A DNA stretch of 64,000 bases from an uncultured Clostridia bacterium (GTDB lineage: Bacteria; Bacillota; Clostridia; Oscillospirales; Acutalibacteraceae), in contig CALEHY010000019.1 of the NCBI GenBank assembly GCA_937876375.1, forward strand, positions 3,858 to 67,857, given 5' to 3'. Under the pieces are notes generated by a model. That model did no database searches. It had not been told where the DNA came from and saw only the letters and a list, made by a program, of their open reading frames with translations. Every line of letters starts with the position of its first letter. The first letter of the stretch is position 1. Shown in pieces: positions 29,427-39,204 of the stretch. The position numbers and the translations under genes are program-made.

Positions 29427-29963
29427 ATGAACAAATATTCAAATACGAAAACAGAACAAAATCTAAAGGATGCCTTTATGGCAGAGAGCAGAGCACGAAC
29501 AAAATACAGCCTTTTTGCTGACAAGGCAAAGCAAGAGGGCTATGAGCAAATCGCAGAGCTGTTCGAGTACACAGCCGAAAACGAGCTAGCACACGCTAGA
29601 ATGTGGATGAACGAGCTTGGCTGTGTCGAAACAACGGACAAAAATTTGTCAAAAGCTGCTGATGGCGAAAACTGGGAATGGACCGATATGTACGAGGGCT
29701 ATGCCAAGACAGCTGATGAGGAGGGCTTTACCGACCTAGCGCTAAAATTTCGTATGGTCGCAACGATAGAAAAACACCACGAGGAGCGATACCGAGCACT
29801 GCTACAAAATGTAGAAACAGCAAAAGTGTTCGAAAAGAGCGAGGTCAAGGTGTGGGAATGCCGAAACTGTGGGCATATCGTCGTTGGCACAAGCGCACCA
29901 GAAATCTGTCCTGTCTGCTCCTATGCCCAAGCATACTATCAGCTCCATACAGAGAATTACTAA
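29427..29963 (+). CDS. rbr: Rubrerythrin
   Basis: [45 protein letters not shown]...CPVC. Confidence 0.95.
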   Translation: MNKYSNTKTEQNLKDAFMAESRARTKYSLFADKAKQEGYEQIAELFEYTAENELAHARMWMNELGCVETTDKNLSKAADGENWEWTDMYEGYAKTADEEGFTDLALKFRMVATIEKHHEERYRALLQNVETAKVFEKSEVKVWECRNCGHIVVGTSAPEICPVCSYAQAYYQLHTENY

Positions 29964-29965
29964 AC

Positions 29966-29998
29966 AAAAAGCCTCCCTTTACATAAGGGAGGTTTTTT
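29966..29998 (+). terminator. Terminator after rbr
   Basis: GCCTCCCTT...AAGGGAGGT followed by a T-run. Confidence 0.8.
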
Positions 29999-30028
29999 GT
30001 ATATCTACAATATTGTGACAACATTTTT

Positions 30029-30142
30029 AATTGAGAATTGACAATTTAAAATTGATAATTTTTGGTGGACTTCGTCCACACCTATTATTAATTGCTGTCC
30101 GCAGGACCATTAATTTTCAATTCTACATTTTCAATTTTCGAT
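30029..30142. repeat. Inverted heptad-repeat mini-element A
   Basis: AATTGAG-AATTGAC-AATTTAA-AATTGAT-AATT ... GTGGAC-TTC-GTCCAC ... AATTTTC-AATTCTA-CATTTTC-AATTTTC. Confidence 0.75.
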
Positions 30143-31336
30143 TTATTTCACCCTACCATACAAGCATTTTGTTGCTTCCTTTTCGATAACCAAGCCACAG
30201 TAGTTGCACATAATGCATTTTGCCTCGTTCTGTGTGCCATCGTGTAGCTTCCTTACCAGATTTGGCTCGCAGATGAAAGGTCTGCAAAGCGATACATAGT
30301 CTGCTTTTTTACTAGCAATGATACTCTCCATATCATCAAGCTTGTGTATACCACCGACCACGATAACTGGGATTGACAATGCCGACTTTATGCTCTGTGC
30401 ATTAGCAACATTAAAGTTCTCGAGTGGTGTTGGTTGCTTAATCATAGGGTTAACTAGGTTCGCCATCTTCAGCGAAAATGCCTTTAGCCCTTTAGGAAAT
30501 CTTGCTACTGGCTCACGGTACTTGAACACAGCATCCATAGGCATCACCTTGCTACGCATAGTGTTCATTCCATCCTCTACTGTGCCACAGGACACCTCGA
30601 CAGCATCTAGCCCAGCACTCTGCAGTAGCTCCAAAATCTTGATAGTAGAGTAGATATCCATACCATTCTTGCGATTGTCCTCGGCAGAAATCTTTATCCA
30701 CACTGGCAGACTAGTGGCAGACTCAATGCCCTTTACTATCTCGCATACAATTCGGCATCTGTTCTCTATCGAGCCGCCCCAATCATCCGTACGACGATTG
30801 CCATAAGCCGACATAAAATCGTGCAACAAATATCCGTGACCACCGTGTAGCTGAACAGCGTCGAAGCCAGCCTTCTCTGCCCTAACTGCACCAGCAACGA
30901 AATCAGCGATTATCTCCCTAATACCATCATCGTCCAGCACCCTTGCACTATCAGGATAGAATGCGTGCAAAACATTTGATGGTGCGACCTTTTGCAATCC
31001 GATAGCCTTTGACGAGGTCTGTCGACCACAATGTGCAAGCTGTAGCACGATAGGTGCACCCTCGCTGTGCACAGCGTCACAAAGTGCACTGTATCTGTCG
31101 ATATTTTCATCATCAAAGATGGTCAGCATACGAGGATATGGCGACACACCATTCCTACTAACAGACGCATAGCCAGTGATGATACAGCCAACCTCGTTCT
31201 TCGCCAAGTTGCGATATTTTCTAATCAGCTCATCAGATGGAGCACCATTTTCATCAGCTAATCCGTCGTGGGTTGCCGACCTAAATATTCTATTTTTTAC
31301 CTCTATACCGTTAATATAGCTTGTATCAAAAATCAT
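30143..31336 (-). CDS. NADH:flavin oxidoreductase (old yellow enzyme family)
   Basis: KNRIFRSAT, QLAHCGRQ, AGFDAVQLHGGHGYLL, NRRTDDWGGS.ENR, C-terminal CIMCNYC. Confidence 0.92.
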   Translation of the reverse strand: MIFDTSYINGIEVKNRIFRSATHDGLADENGAPSDELIRKYRNLAKNEVGCIITGYASVSRNGVSPYPRMLTIFDDENIDRYSALCDAVHSEGAPIVLQLAHCGRQTSSKAIGLQKVAPSNVLHAFYPDSARVLDDDGIREIIADFVAGAVRAEKAGFDAVQLHGGHGYLLHDFMSAYGNRRTDDWGGSIENRCRIVCEIVKGIESATSLPVWIKISAEDNRKNGMDIYSTIKILELLQSAGLDAVEVSCGTVEDGMNTMRSKVMPMDAVFKYREPVARFPKGLKAFSLKMANLVNPMIKQPTPLENFNVANAQSIKSALSIPVIVVGGIHKLDDMESIIASKKADYVSLCRPFICEPNLVRKLHDGTQNEAKCIMCNYCGLVIEKEATKCLYGRVK

Positions 31337-31338
31337 AA

Positions 31339-33258
31339 CTAATCCTTTATCATATACGAAAATCTAAATCTTGCATTCTGTCCATACCAGAGTGGGAAAT
31401 TTGTGCCCCAAACATTGTCATATAGCACGAATGATACGCCATCAGCCAAATCGCCATACTTGTTGTTCCAATCCATCATATGCACCCTACCAATAAACAC
31501 AAGTGGGTTGAGATGATTGATGATTTCAGCATTTTCGGCAACAACGCTCTGCACAGCAGATAGCTTGCGATTGCCATTGTAGACAATGTCGAATGGGTCG
31601 ACCAGACCACCTAGCTTCTTGTATCGTATGTCACCATTCTTAACTGGGAAATTGACAGAGATTGACTCTGTAATACGGCTAACAGGCTTGTCAAACCAGC
31701 AAAGCTCAACGCTGATATCATCACCGATTGTATACATAGCCTGCATACACCTTGGAGCACCCAGCTCATTGTAGCAGTAGTCATCAATAGCAAGATTCAC
31801 TAACAGCTTGTCACCACTAGCGACAGCACTGACCATATTGTAGGTGAAATCACCTTGCTTAAACTTGCTGTCGAGTGGCAGGAGATTTGGCCTGCCAAAA
31901 TCTTGTAGTGACCAATGCTTCGTCTCCTCAATATTTCGGTTGTAATCCCTATGCCAGTTTTCGTAATCTTGACCACCATAGGAGCGATATGTAACGAGTG
32001 GAGCATCATTGCCACCAACAATGGTCTTGCCATTCTTAGCAATAGACTTGATGCCACCGAATGAATTAATAGTAAATGTTATTTCACCAACTGTCAGAGT
32101 ATCAGCACTCTGCCCGTCAAGAGCAATCATTTCTGTAGGAACAAGGGCGTTGATTTTTGCCTCTGCCACCTCTCTGTGCTCATCAGACAAACAGGATAGT
32201 GCAAAGGCGATATACTCCCTCTGCTCTGCCCAGCTTTTTTCAATTTTTACGAATTTGCCAGCGCTCTGCACTGGTGCAAAATCCCCTCGAAGATAGTAAT
32301 CGTTGATGCCCTCAATCAGCTTGCAATCCATACCACAGGTGTGCTCTGCAAGACAAAGAATATAACTACATAGCCCCTTATATTCTTCACTGTCACGAGA
32401 CAGAGTGCCATCGTCTAGCCAATCATTCTTGCAAGCGATGAGGGTGCGCAATGCACCAGCCTTGTATGGATCGGTAGCACCACCGTGTATCCAGCTGTCA
32501 CCAATCTCACTCTCGATAACTGGTAGCTTGTCACGAACTGCCCAAATCTGCTCGGCATAATCATCAAGTGTGCCACCCACTACCTCGTAGTCAGGATATT
32601 TTTCGCCAATACCTTTTACATTGTCAAGAACAGCACTGCTACCACTAGCACCGTGATTATCTAGCGTATGGTCAAAATAGAGAATATCATCGACATACTC
32701 GTTCTTGTACTCACCACCATACTCACCAGAGTAGATAACGACTACCTCGCTATCACCATTCCTCCACAAAAAGCAAGGTGGCACGTCAGCAAGTGCAGAT
32801 GCACCATTAACACCGATATGCAGTAGCTTGATACCGTGCTTTGCAAGTAGTGGCACTAGCGATTTTGTATGACCAGGAACGTCAGTCATCTTTGACGCAA
32901 TAGTTGTTCTGCCACGGATAGCATCTAGTCTTTCTACTATGGACAGACCATAGTCGAGTGTGTCATAGTCTAACAATTCCGTATGCAGAGTGAATGGCAG
33001 AGCGTGTGGTGCGATATCACCATTCTTCAGTGCATTTTTGAGCTTTAATTTGTTCTCCTTTGTGCCATAATCGAGTGCCTCGTTCAATATCCACGAGCCA
33101 GTGGTCCAAACAAAGCGTTTTTGACCATCATTAACACTCTCTGCAACGTCGATAGCACTAGGTATAAACTCGTTAATATACCTATCTCTGATATTCATTG
33201 CGTAATCAGTAAAACCGAGGTCCAAATGTGTCTTTGACACGACGATAACCTTTTTCAT
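31339..33258 (-). CDS. Putative glycoside hydrolase (DUF5054 / GH38-like N-terminal fold)
   Basis: KTHLDLGFTD, FVWTTGSW, HALPFT.HTEL, KMTDVPGHT, EIGDSWIHG, DNVWGTNFPLW. Confidence 0.75.
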   Translation of the reverse strand: MKKVIVVSKTHLDLGFTDYAMNIRDRYINEFIPSAIDVAESVNDGQKRFVWTTGSWILNEALDYGTKENKLKLKNALKNGDIAPHALPFTLHTELLDYDTLDYGLSIVERLDAIRGRTTIASKMTDVPGHTKSLVPLLAKHGIKLLHIGVNGASALADVPPCFLWRNGDSEVVVIYSGEYGGEYKNEYVDDILYFDHTLDNHGASGSSAVLDNVKGIGEKYPDYEVVGGTLDDYAEQIWAVRDKLPVIESEIGDSWIHGGATDPYKAGALRTLIACKNDWLDDGTLSRDSEEYKGLCSYILCLAEHTCGMDCKLIEGINDYYLRGDFAPVQSAGKFVKIEKSWAEQREYIAFALSCLSDEHREVAEAKINALVPTEMIALDGQSADTLTVGEITFTINSFGGIKSIAKNGKTIVGGNDAPLVTYRSYGGQDYENWHRDYNRNIEETKHWSLQDFGRPNLLPLDSKFKQGDFTYNMVSAVASGDKLLVNLAIDDYCYNELGAPRCMQAMYTIGDDISVELCWFDKPVSRITESISVNFPVKNGDIRYKKLGGLVDPFDIVYNGNRKLSAVQSVVAENAEIINHLNPLVFIGRVHMMDWNNKYGDLADGVSFVLYDNVWGTNFPLWYGQNARFRFSYMIKD

Positions 33259-33396
33259 AGCTACACCACCTAAAACGATATATCTCTATATTATAGTAAT
33301 ATTGCTATTTAGTCAAATATAAAGTTTTGTAAAAAAGAATAATTATTGCGTTTTGTCCCCTAATGATATAAAATAGGACAAAATGGAGGTGCTGAT

Positions 33397-34377
33397 ATGA
33401 AATACAAATGGGCATGTATTGGCTGTGGCCATATTGCTAACGAAATGGCACAGGCTATGCAAGGGGTCGGTGGTACCTTTTACGGAGTGTACAGCAGAAC
33501 AATGGAGAGAGCAAAGGATTTTGCAGATAAATATGGTATCGAAAGGGTGTATTCGTCCATCGACGAGCTACTAGCTGACGATATCGATATCGTGTATATC
33601 GCTACTCCTCACAATTCACATATCGAATATCTAAAAAAATCACTTGGTGCAAAAAAGCACGTGCTATGCGAAAAGGCAATTACGCTTAACTCGAACGAGC
33701 TGGATATTGCTGTCAAAATCGCAAAGGAGAACAATGTCGTTCTTGCAGAGGCTATGACAATTTTCCACTGTCCAGTGTACAAGAGGCTTGACGAGATAAT
33801 CAAGAGTGGCAAGCTTGGTGCGCTCAAGACAGTTATGGTAAATCTTGGGTCATACAAGGAATATGATATGACAAACAGATTCTTTAATATGTCGCTTGCT
33901 GGTGGTGCAATGCTTGATATTGGTGTGTATGCACTGTCATTCGCACGATATTTTATGACAAAAAGCCCAGATTGCGACACACAGGTGCTATCACAGATGA
34001 AAAAAGCACCTACCGGCGTTGATGAACAAGTAAATATGCTACTCACTAACGACAATAACGAGATGGCGACAGTTAACCTTGCCCTAACCTCAAAAATGCC
34101 AAAGCTAGGCTACGCTGGATTCGACAAGGGATATATCACTGTCGACAACTACAATCGCACCAATCGTGCCACAATCACATACACCGATGATGAACATATC
34201 GAGGTGATAGAGGACGATACAACTATGATAGGTGCCCTAGCATACGAGGTCGAGGATATGGAGAACGCTGTAGCTGGTGAGGAGAACAGAATGCACCTGG
34301 ACTACACCATCGACGTGATGAAAATCATGACCCATGTTAGATATCAACACGATATGCTATACCCAGAGGAACAGTAA
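33397..34377 (+). CDS. Gfo/Idh/MocA oxidoreductase
   Basis: IGCGHIA, YIATPHNSH, HVLCEKA, GGAMLDIGVY. Confidence 0.92.
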   Translation: MKYKWACIGCGHIANEMAQAMQGVGGTFYGVYSRTMERAKDFADKYGIERVYSSIDELLADDIDIVYIATPHNSHIEYLKKSLGAKKHVLCEKAITLNSNELDIAVKIAKENNVVLAEAMTIFHCPVYKRLDEIIKSGKLGALKTVMVNLGSYKEYDMTNRFFNMSLAGGAMLDIGVYALSFARYFMTKSPDCDTQVLSQMKKAPTGVDEQVNMLLTNDNNEMATVNLALTSKMPKLGYAGFDKGYITVDNYNRTNRATITYTDDEHIEVIEDDTTMIGALAYEVEDMENAVAGEENRMHLDYTIDVMKIMTHVRYQHDMLYPEEQ

Positions 34378-34379
34378 GT

Positions 34380-35333
34380 ATGGTATATTACGGATTTGTC
34401 GTTCTGCTAGTTGCCGGACTATGTCAAGGCAGCTACGGACTGGGATACAAAAAATACCCACCATTCTCGTGGGCAGCATTTTGGGGCGTGTACAACATAA
34501 TGTGTATGCTATCAGCGACACTGTTTGTGCTAATCTCTGCGCCAAAATTCATCGAAATTTACGCCAGTCAAGGATTAGGATATTTTGTCGTTCCACTGAT
34601 ATGTGGTGCTGCATGGGGGCTGTCATCGATAGGCTTCTCAAAGGGTATCACTATGGTCGGTATGAGCCTTGTATACGGTATATCAATGGGAATATCTACC
34701 ATCGTTGGCTCTATAACACCGATGTTGATGGGTGACGGACTCACAAAATCGGTGCTGTTTTGGCTAGGTCTAGCACTAACTCTTCTCGGTGTAGTAATCG
34801 TCACCATCGCTGGCATCAAGCGTGACGGTGGTGTCAAGGGCTCAATGCTAGGAATAGGGCTGTCGATATTTTCCGGTGTAGGCTCTGGCTTTATGAATGT
34901 TGGATTTGCACACAGCGACAGCATATCATCAGTACTAGAGCAATACGGATACTCACAAATGGCAGTGTCTGCTGTAAAATGGCTACCAGTTTTGGTAGGT
35001 GGTGGCATCGCTTGTGTATTATACTGTATCGGTGAGGTCAGTGCAAAAAAAGAATGGCACACCCTAACAGCAAAGACCAGCAAAACACGAGCACTAAAAC
35101 TGTTCGGTATCAGCATAATATGGTATTCGGCACTAATGCTGTACGGATATTCCACATATCTGCTAGGCGATATGGGTAGTACAGTCGGCTGGATATTATT
35201 CAACGCACTAGCGCTGATTATATCAGTCCTATGGGGACTAAAAACTGGCGAATGGAAGGGCACAAAAAAGTCCACCCTGTTCATCGGATGCATAGTCCTC
35301 ATCATCGCCTGGGTCCTAATCGCAATGGTGTAA
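34380..35333 (+). CDS. RhaT-like (DMT superfamily) sugar/proton symporter
   Basis: ~10 TM; AGLCQGSY, W..FW, GAAWGL..I.F..GI..VGMSL, WGLKTGEWKG. Confidence 0.8.
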   Translation: MVYYGFVVLLVAGLCQGSYGLGYKKYPPFSWAAFWGVYNIMCMLSATLFVLISAPKFIEIYASQGLGYFVVPLICGAAWGLSSIGFSKGITMVGMSLVYGISMGISTIVGSITPMLMGDGLTKSVLFWLGLALTLLGVVIVTIAGIKRDGGVKGSMLGIGLSIFSGVGSGFMNVGFAHSDSISSVLEQYGYSQMAVSAVKWLPVLVGGGIACVLYCIGEVSAKKEWHTLTAKTSKTRALKLFGISIIWYSALMLYGYSTYLLGDMGSTVGWILFNALALIISVLWGLKTGEWKGTKKSTLFIGCIVLIIAWVLIAMV

Positions 35334-35406
35334 AATATGGAATTACAATCACGAAAACCCTATCAAATGGACTGAAGATGAATTATATAATAACAAAGAG
35401 CTATAA
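35332..35406 (+). pseudogene. Possible C-terminal remnant of a RAYT/IS200-like tyrosine transposase
   Basis: Intergenic frame reads KIWNYNHENPIKWTEDELY, resembling the Y-I-x-x-N-P-x-x-W-x-x-D end of RAYT proteins; very short. Confidence 0.45.
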
Positions 35407-35432
35407 CCCAATGGGCTATAGCTCTTTATTTT
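35397..35432. terminator. Terminator between convergent genes
   Basis: AGAGCTATAACCCA-A-TGGGCTATAGCTCT. Confidence 0.7.
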
Positions 35433-36093
35433 ATCTTTTTCTTAAAGGTAATGGAGTCTCATTTTTCATATATGTTTCCCACACATTGATACGGTCGGAC
35501 TCATCTATCTCACGCATAACCTTGGCTGGCACGCCACCCACTATTGTGTTAGGTGGGACGTCGCTAGTAACAACAGCACCAGCAGCGACAATACTGTTCT
35601 CCCCAATGTTGACGCCACCACAGATGGTAGCACTAGAGCATATCCACGAATTTTTGCCAATCACGATAGGAGATGCATACTCTAAATCATGGTGTCCATC
35701 TGGATAATCCTGTGGCAATCTCTCCTCTGCTAAAAATGGATGCATAGGTGTTGCCAAGGTTACATTAGCGCCAATCCACACACCATCACCAAGGGTGATA
35801 GGTGCAACGTCAAGAAATGTACTGTTGTAATTCACAAAACAGCCCTTGCCAACCTTAATATTAACGCCATATTCACAGTAAAATGGTGCAAAGACAAAGA
35901 AATTCTGCCCCTTTGCCGATGGCACAAGTCTAGTCAATGCTCTCTGTTTTGTGCCATATAGCCACATTGGTATTCTGTTAAATCTGTCACAACGAGCAAG
36001 TCCCCTTGCGTGTCTTTTGAACAAATCCTTTGAGTCAGCGTTGTACAGCTTGCCAGCTACCATTCTGTCCCATTCGTTTATACCATTTGCCAT
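35431..36093 (-). CDS. Sugar O-acetyltransferase (maltose/galactoside acetyltransferase family)
   Basis: MVAGKLY, PFYCEYG.NI, hexapeptide repeats, GAVVTSDVP...GVPAKV. Confidence 0.92.
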   Translation of the reverse strand: MANGINEWDRMVAGKLYNADSKDLFKRHARGLARCDRFNRIPMWLYGTKQRALTRLVPSAKGQNFFVFAPFYCEYGVNIKVGKGCFVNYNSTFLDVAPITLGDGVWIGANVTLATPMHPFLAEERLPQDYPDGHHDLEYASPIVIGKNSWICSSATICGGVNIGENSIVAAGAVVTSDVPPNTIVGGVPAKVMREIDESDRINVWETYMKNETPLPLRKR

Positions 36094-36111
36094 AATGTTA
36101 CTCCATATCAG

Positions 36112-38919
36112 TTATATATTCTTAATGATGGTTAAGACATTCTTTTCATTTTCGTATCTGTACTGAATATCATCCATAGATTTCTTGACCATATAGATAC
36201 CTAGTCCACCGATTTCCCTATCCTCTGCTGACAGAGTGATATCTGGATCCTCCTTGATGAGTGGGTTATATGGCACACCCTCATCGATAAAGGTCACAGC
36301 AACAGCATGTGGCTCTTCTATCTCATTCACCTTTACAGTGACTGGACCAGTGCTATCTGGATAAGCAAATTTGACAATATTGCTGTAAATCTCGTCTATC
36401 GCAACAGACATTTGGATAGTAGCCTTCATAGGACAATCGAGCTTCTCCATCTCCTCTGTGACAAAGTCGGTCACAGCGTTGATATCGCTAATCTGTGCGT
36501 TGTCAAAATGCATCTGTGGAGTTAAGTCACCATTGTATTTGAATGCGAGCATAGTGATATCGTCGAACTGCTCTGCATCGCCAACAAATGCGTCAACGTC
36601 CTGCTTAACAGCTGTGCACAAATCATCCATACTATCAAAATCACGAGAATTAAGCACCTTTTGCAATCTCTCCTCACCATAAAGCTCGTTGTTCAAATTA
36701 GTAGCCTCCGTTACACCATCAGTGTATAGGAAGATAATATCTCCTGGCTGAAGCTGTAGCTCCTGCAATCTGTATTTAATGCCCTCCATACCAGCTAGGA
36801 CAAATCCAGCTCTGCTCTTTAGGTACTCAAATCCACCATCAGCGTGTCGAACAAGTGGTGGATTATGACCAGCGTTAGCGAACTGAACTAGACCATTGTC
36901 AAGGTTAATCCTACCCTGCCAAGCTGTGACGAACATACCAGCATCATTACCATCACATAGCGACTCGTTACCCTTGGTGAATACATTGTCGAGAGTCAAA
37001 TCATTCTCTGTTAGACCCTTTAGCTCGGATTTTGCCCTCATCATAAACATAGCTGCTGGAATACCCTTGCCAGATACGTCTGCGATAAGGATATTGAGTA
37101 TATTCGACCTAGTGAAATAAAAGTCGTAAAAGTCGCCACCAACCTCTTTGGCTGTATCCATATAAGCGTGGATATCAAGCTCCTTGCGTTTTGGAAACGC
37201 TGGGAAATTATTTGGCAGAGCAGATGCTTGGATATTCTTTGCAAACTCTAGCTCCTTGTCGATACGCTTTGATGCCTCATCGATATAATGCTTCAAGGTG
37301 TCAACAGTGCTGTTGATATCGTCCGATAGCGACGCAAATTCCGAATTAGTGCGAACATTGATAGTCTCATTAAGGTCGCCACCAGTGATTTTTGCAAGAG
37401 AATGGTTGATATCCTCAATCTTGCTAACGACAACCCTCTTAATAATCAGATATACAAACACGAACAGCACGCCAAATATCAATATCTCAAGAAATGAGTT
37501 GAGATACATAGCAGCGTCACGCACCTGATAAACCTCGTCCACTGGAATAGTAGACACGATATAATAACCCTCTGCAGAGCTGAAATAGCATAGGCTGTCT
37601 ACACCATTAATCTCTATACGGAAAACTGTGTCAGGGTCAAATTCACCCTTTGACGCTGTGTTGCTGTCAAAATTCCTAGTGTCGAACCCCTTTGGTGCAG
37701 ATACAAGCTTGAACTTTTCGTTCAAGATGATAATGCCACCACTCGAGCCAACCTTTCTATTCTTTGTAAAGCCATTAATTTCGCTATCGATATCATGCTG
37801 AAAATGGTCTGCATCATATCCAACCTGAACGAAGCCACCCTCTACTCTGACGCCAGCATATTTGCGATACATTGTCTCGTCATAGGAGATAGGACCATAG
37901 TCCTGAACATACTCGACCTTGTTGCCGATAAGCCCCATGAATTTTGCCGACTGGTCACCAGATTTCATATCATAGCCAACAAAATCAGCATTTGTACTAC
38001 TGGTTATTATGCCCTGCTTGTTGACGATATTGATTTCTGCAACGTCATATTTTTCTGCGATTTCATCGATATTATCAGCGTTGACAGATTTTGCAACAGT
38101 TTTTGCTAGTGACAGCAGATTTCGGTCAGATGCGTCCCTAATATCAGCCTTGACCACCTCAACAGCGTTCTTTAGCGACTCATCGGCCTGTGTCTTTGAT
38201 ATACCGGTCTGGAACTGGAAAAGGAACACTGTAGTCACAACGAATGCCACAGCAACAGTCAAGAGCAGCCATCTCTGTATAGTTTGTGATATTCTCACAC
38301 CATCTTTGTCACGCTGTGCCCTTTTCTTAATAGGTAGTGATAGCACCATAGCAGCAAGCATAACGGACACACCGTTAGCAATAATCATCGGTGCAGAGCA
38401 GTCAGCAACGACCTCAATAGCTCTAGTAGGTGTGGCGATATTGGTGATGAACACCATCGTTAGGTGGAAAACCTCCATAACGACACCAACAGCCAGTGAC
38501 AATGGCCAGCTAGGACGCTTGTTCTCGAACATATATTTGCGAAGTCCTGCAGCATAAAAGCCTGCCAAAACAGTGGACACAGAGCAAGCCACTCTAGTAA
38601 AGGCACTAACACCCCAGTACACCGATAGCCAACGCTCAACGCCACCGATAACACCAGCGATAATACCGGCTGGACCACCGAAGAACAGACCTGCTATCAG
38701 CACAGCAGCATCACGAGCATTAGCCACAGCAATGGTCATAGGTATACCCCATTCTGTGCCAAGAACAGCAAGACCACCAAAGATAACACCAAATATTATC
38801 TGCTTAACAGCATAATTCAGCTTGCCAAATGGTGTGTGTTTGTCGAGATTATGTAATATTAACGCAGCAATAACTGGTAACAGTGCTGCAATCGATAATT
38901 TAATATAACTTTCGAGCAT
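36112..38919 (-). CDS. Membrane sensor PP2C phosphatase: 5TM-LytS, extracellular loop, HAMP, SpoIIE domain, fused anti-sigma HATPase domain
   Basis: NARDAAVLIAGLFFGGPAG; EVGGDFYD, IADVSGKG, NAGHNPP, YTDGVTEA, QFDDIT; DEIYSNIVK...DEG.PYNP...IGGLGIYMVK. Confidence 0.92.
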   Translation of the reverse strand: MLESYIKLSIAALLPVIAALILHNLDKHTPFGKLNYAVKQIIFGVIFGGLAVLGTEWGIPMTIAVANARDAAVLIAGLFFGGPAGIIAGVIGGVERWLSVYWGVSAFTRVACSVSTVLAGFYAAGLRKYMFENKRPSWPLSLAVGVVMEVFHLTMVFITNIATPTRAIEVVADCSAPMIIANGVSVMLAAMVLSLPIKKRAQRDKDGVRISQTIQRWLLLTVAVAFVVTTVFLFQFQTGISKTQADESLKNAVEVVKADIRDASDRNLLSLAKTVAKSVNADNIDEIAEKYDVAEINIVNKQGIITSSTNADFVGYDMKSGDQSAKFMGLIGNKVEYVQDYGPISYDETMYRKYAGVRVEGGFVQVGYDADHFQHDIDSEINGFTKNRKVGSSGGIIILNEKFKLVSAPKGFDTRNFDSNTASKGEFDPDTVFRIEINGVDSLCYFSSAEGYYIVSTIPVDEVYQVRDAAMYLNSFLEILIFGVLFVFVYLIIKRVVVSKIEDINHSLAKITGGDLNETINVRTNSEFASLSDDINSTVDTLKHYIDEASKRIDKELEFAKNIQASALPNNFPAFPKRKELDIHAYMDTAKEVGGDFYDFYFTRSNILNILIADVSGKGIPAAMFMMRAKSELKGLTENDLTLDNVFTKGNESLCDGNDAGMFVTAWQGRINLDNGLVQFANAGHNPPLVRHADGGFEYLKSRAGFVLAGMEGIKYRLQELQLQPGDIIFLYTDGVTEATNLNNELYGEERLQKVLNSRDFDSMDDLCTAVKQDVDAFVGDAEQFDDITMLAFKYNGDLTPQMHFDNAQISDINAVTDFVTEEMEKLDCPMKATIQMSVAIDEIYSNIVKFAYPDSTGPVTVKVNEIEEPHAVAVTFIDEGVPYNPLIKEDPDITLSAEDREIGGLGIYMVKKSMDDIQYRYENEKNVLTIIKNI

Positions 38920-38982
38920 AAAAATGTCCTCTTTTATATTTTGTATATTAATTATATATTACAATGAAAAAATTTTCAATCC

Positions 38983-39186
38983 TTTTTGCCTACGCAAAAA
39001 ACAAGCCCCCTTTTGCAAGGGAACATAATACGCCATATCATAATACCAACCATATCCCCCAGTCTTTTTGCTACGCAAAAATCCAGCCCCCTTTTGCAAG
39101 GGGGCCTAAAAGGACATAATTATATTATTAACAAAATCCCCCAGTCGCATATAAAATGCGACAGCCCCCTTTTGCAAGGGGGCCTA
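38983..39186. repeat. Cluster of three REP-like double-hairpin units
   Basis: Units at ~38983-39021 (degenerate), 39054-39107 and 39136-39185: ATCCCCCAGTC-[hairpin]-CAGCCCCCTTTTGCAAGGGGGCCT. Confidence 0.8.
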
Positions 39187-39204
39187 ATAGGTTAAATTAT
39201 TGTA

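Noticed and set aside
38983..39186. Possible mini CRISPR array
   Set aside because: Only three units of ~50 bp with a variable interior and double hairpins; no cas genes or leader. It fits REP-like repeats better.
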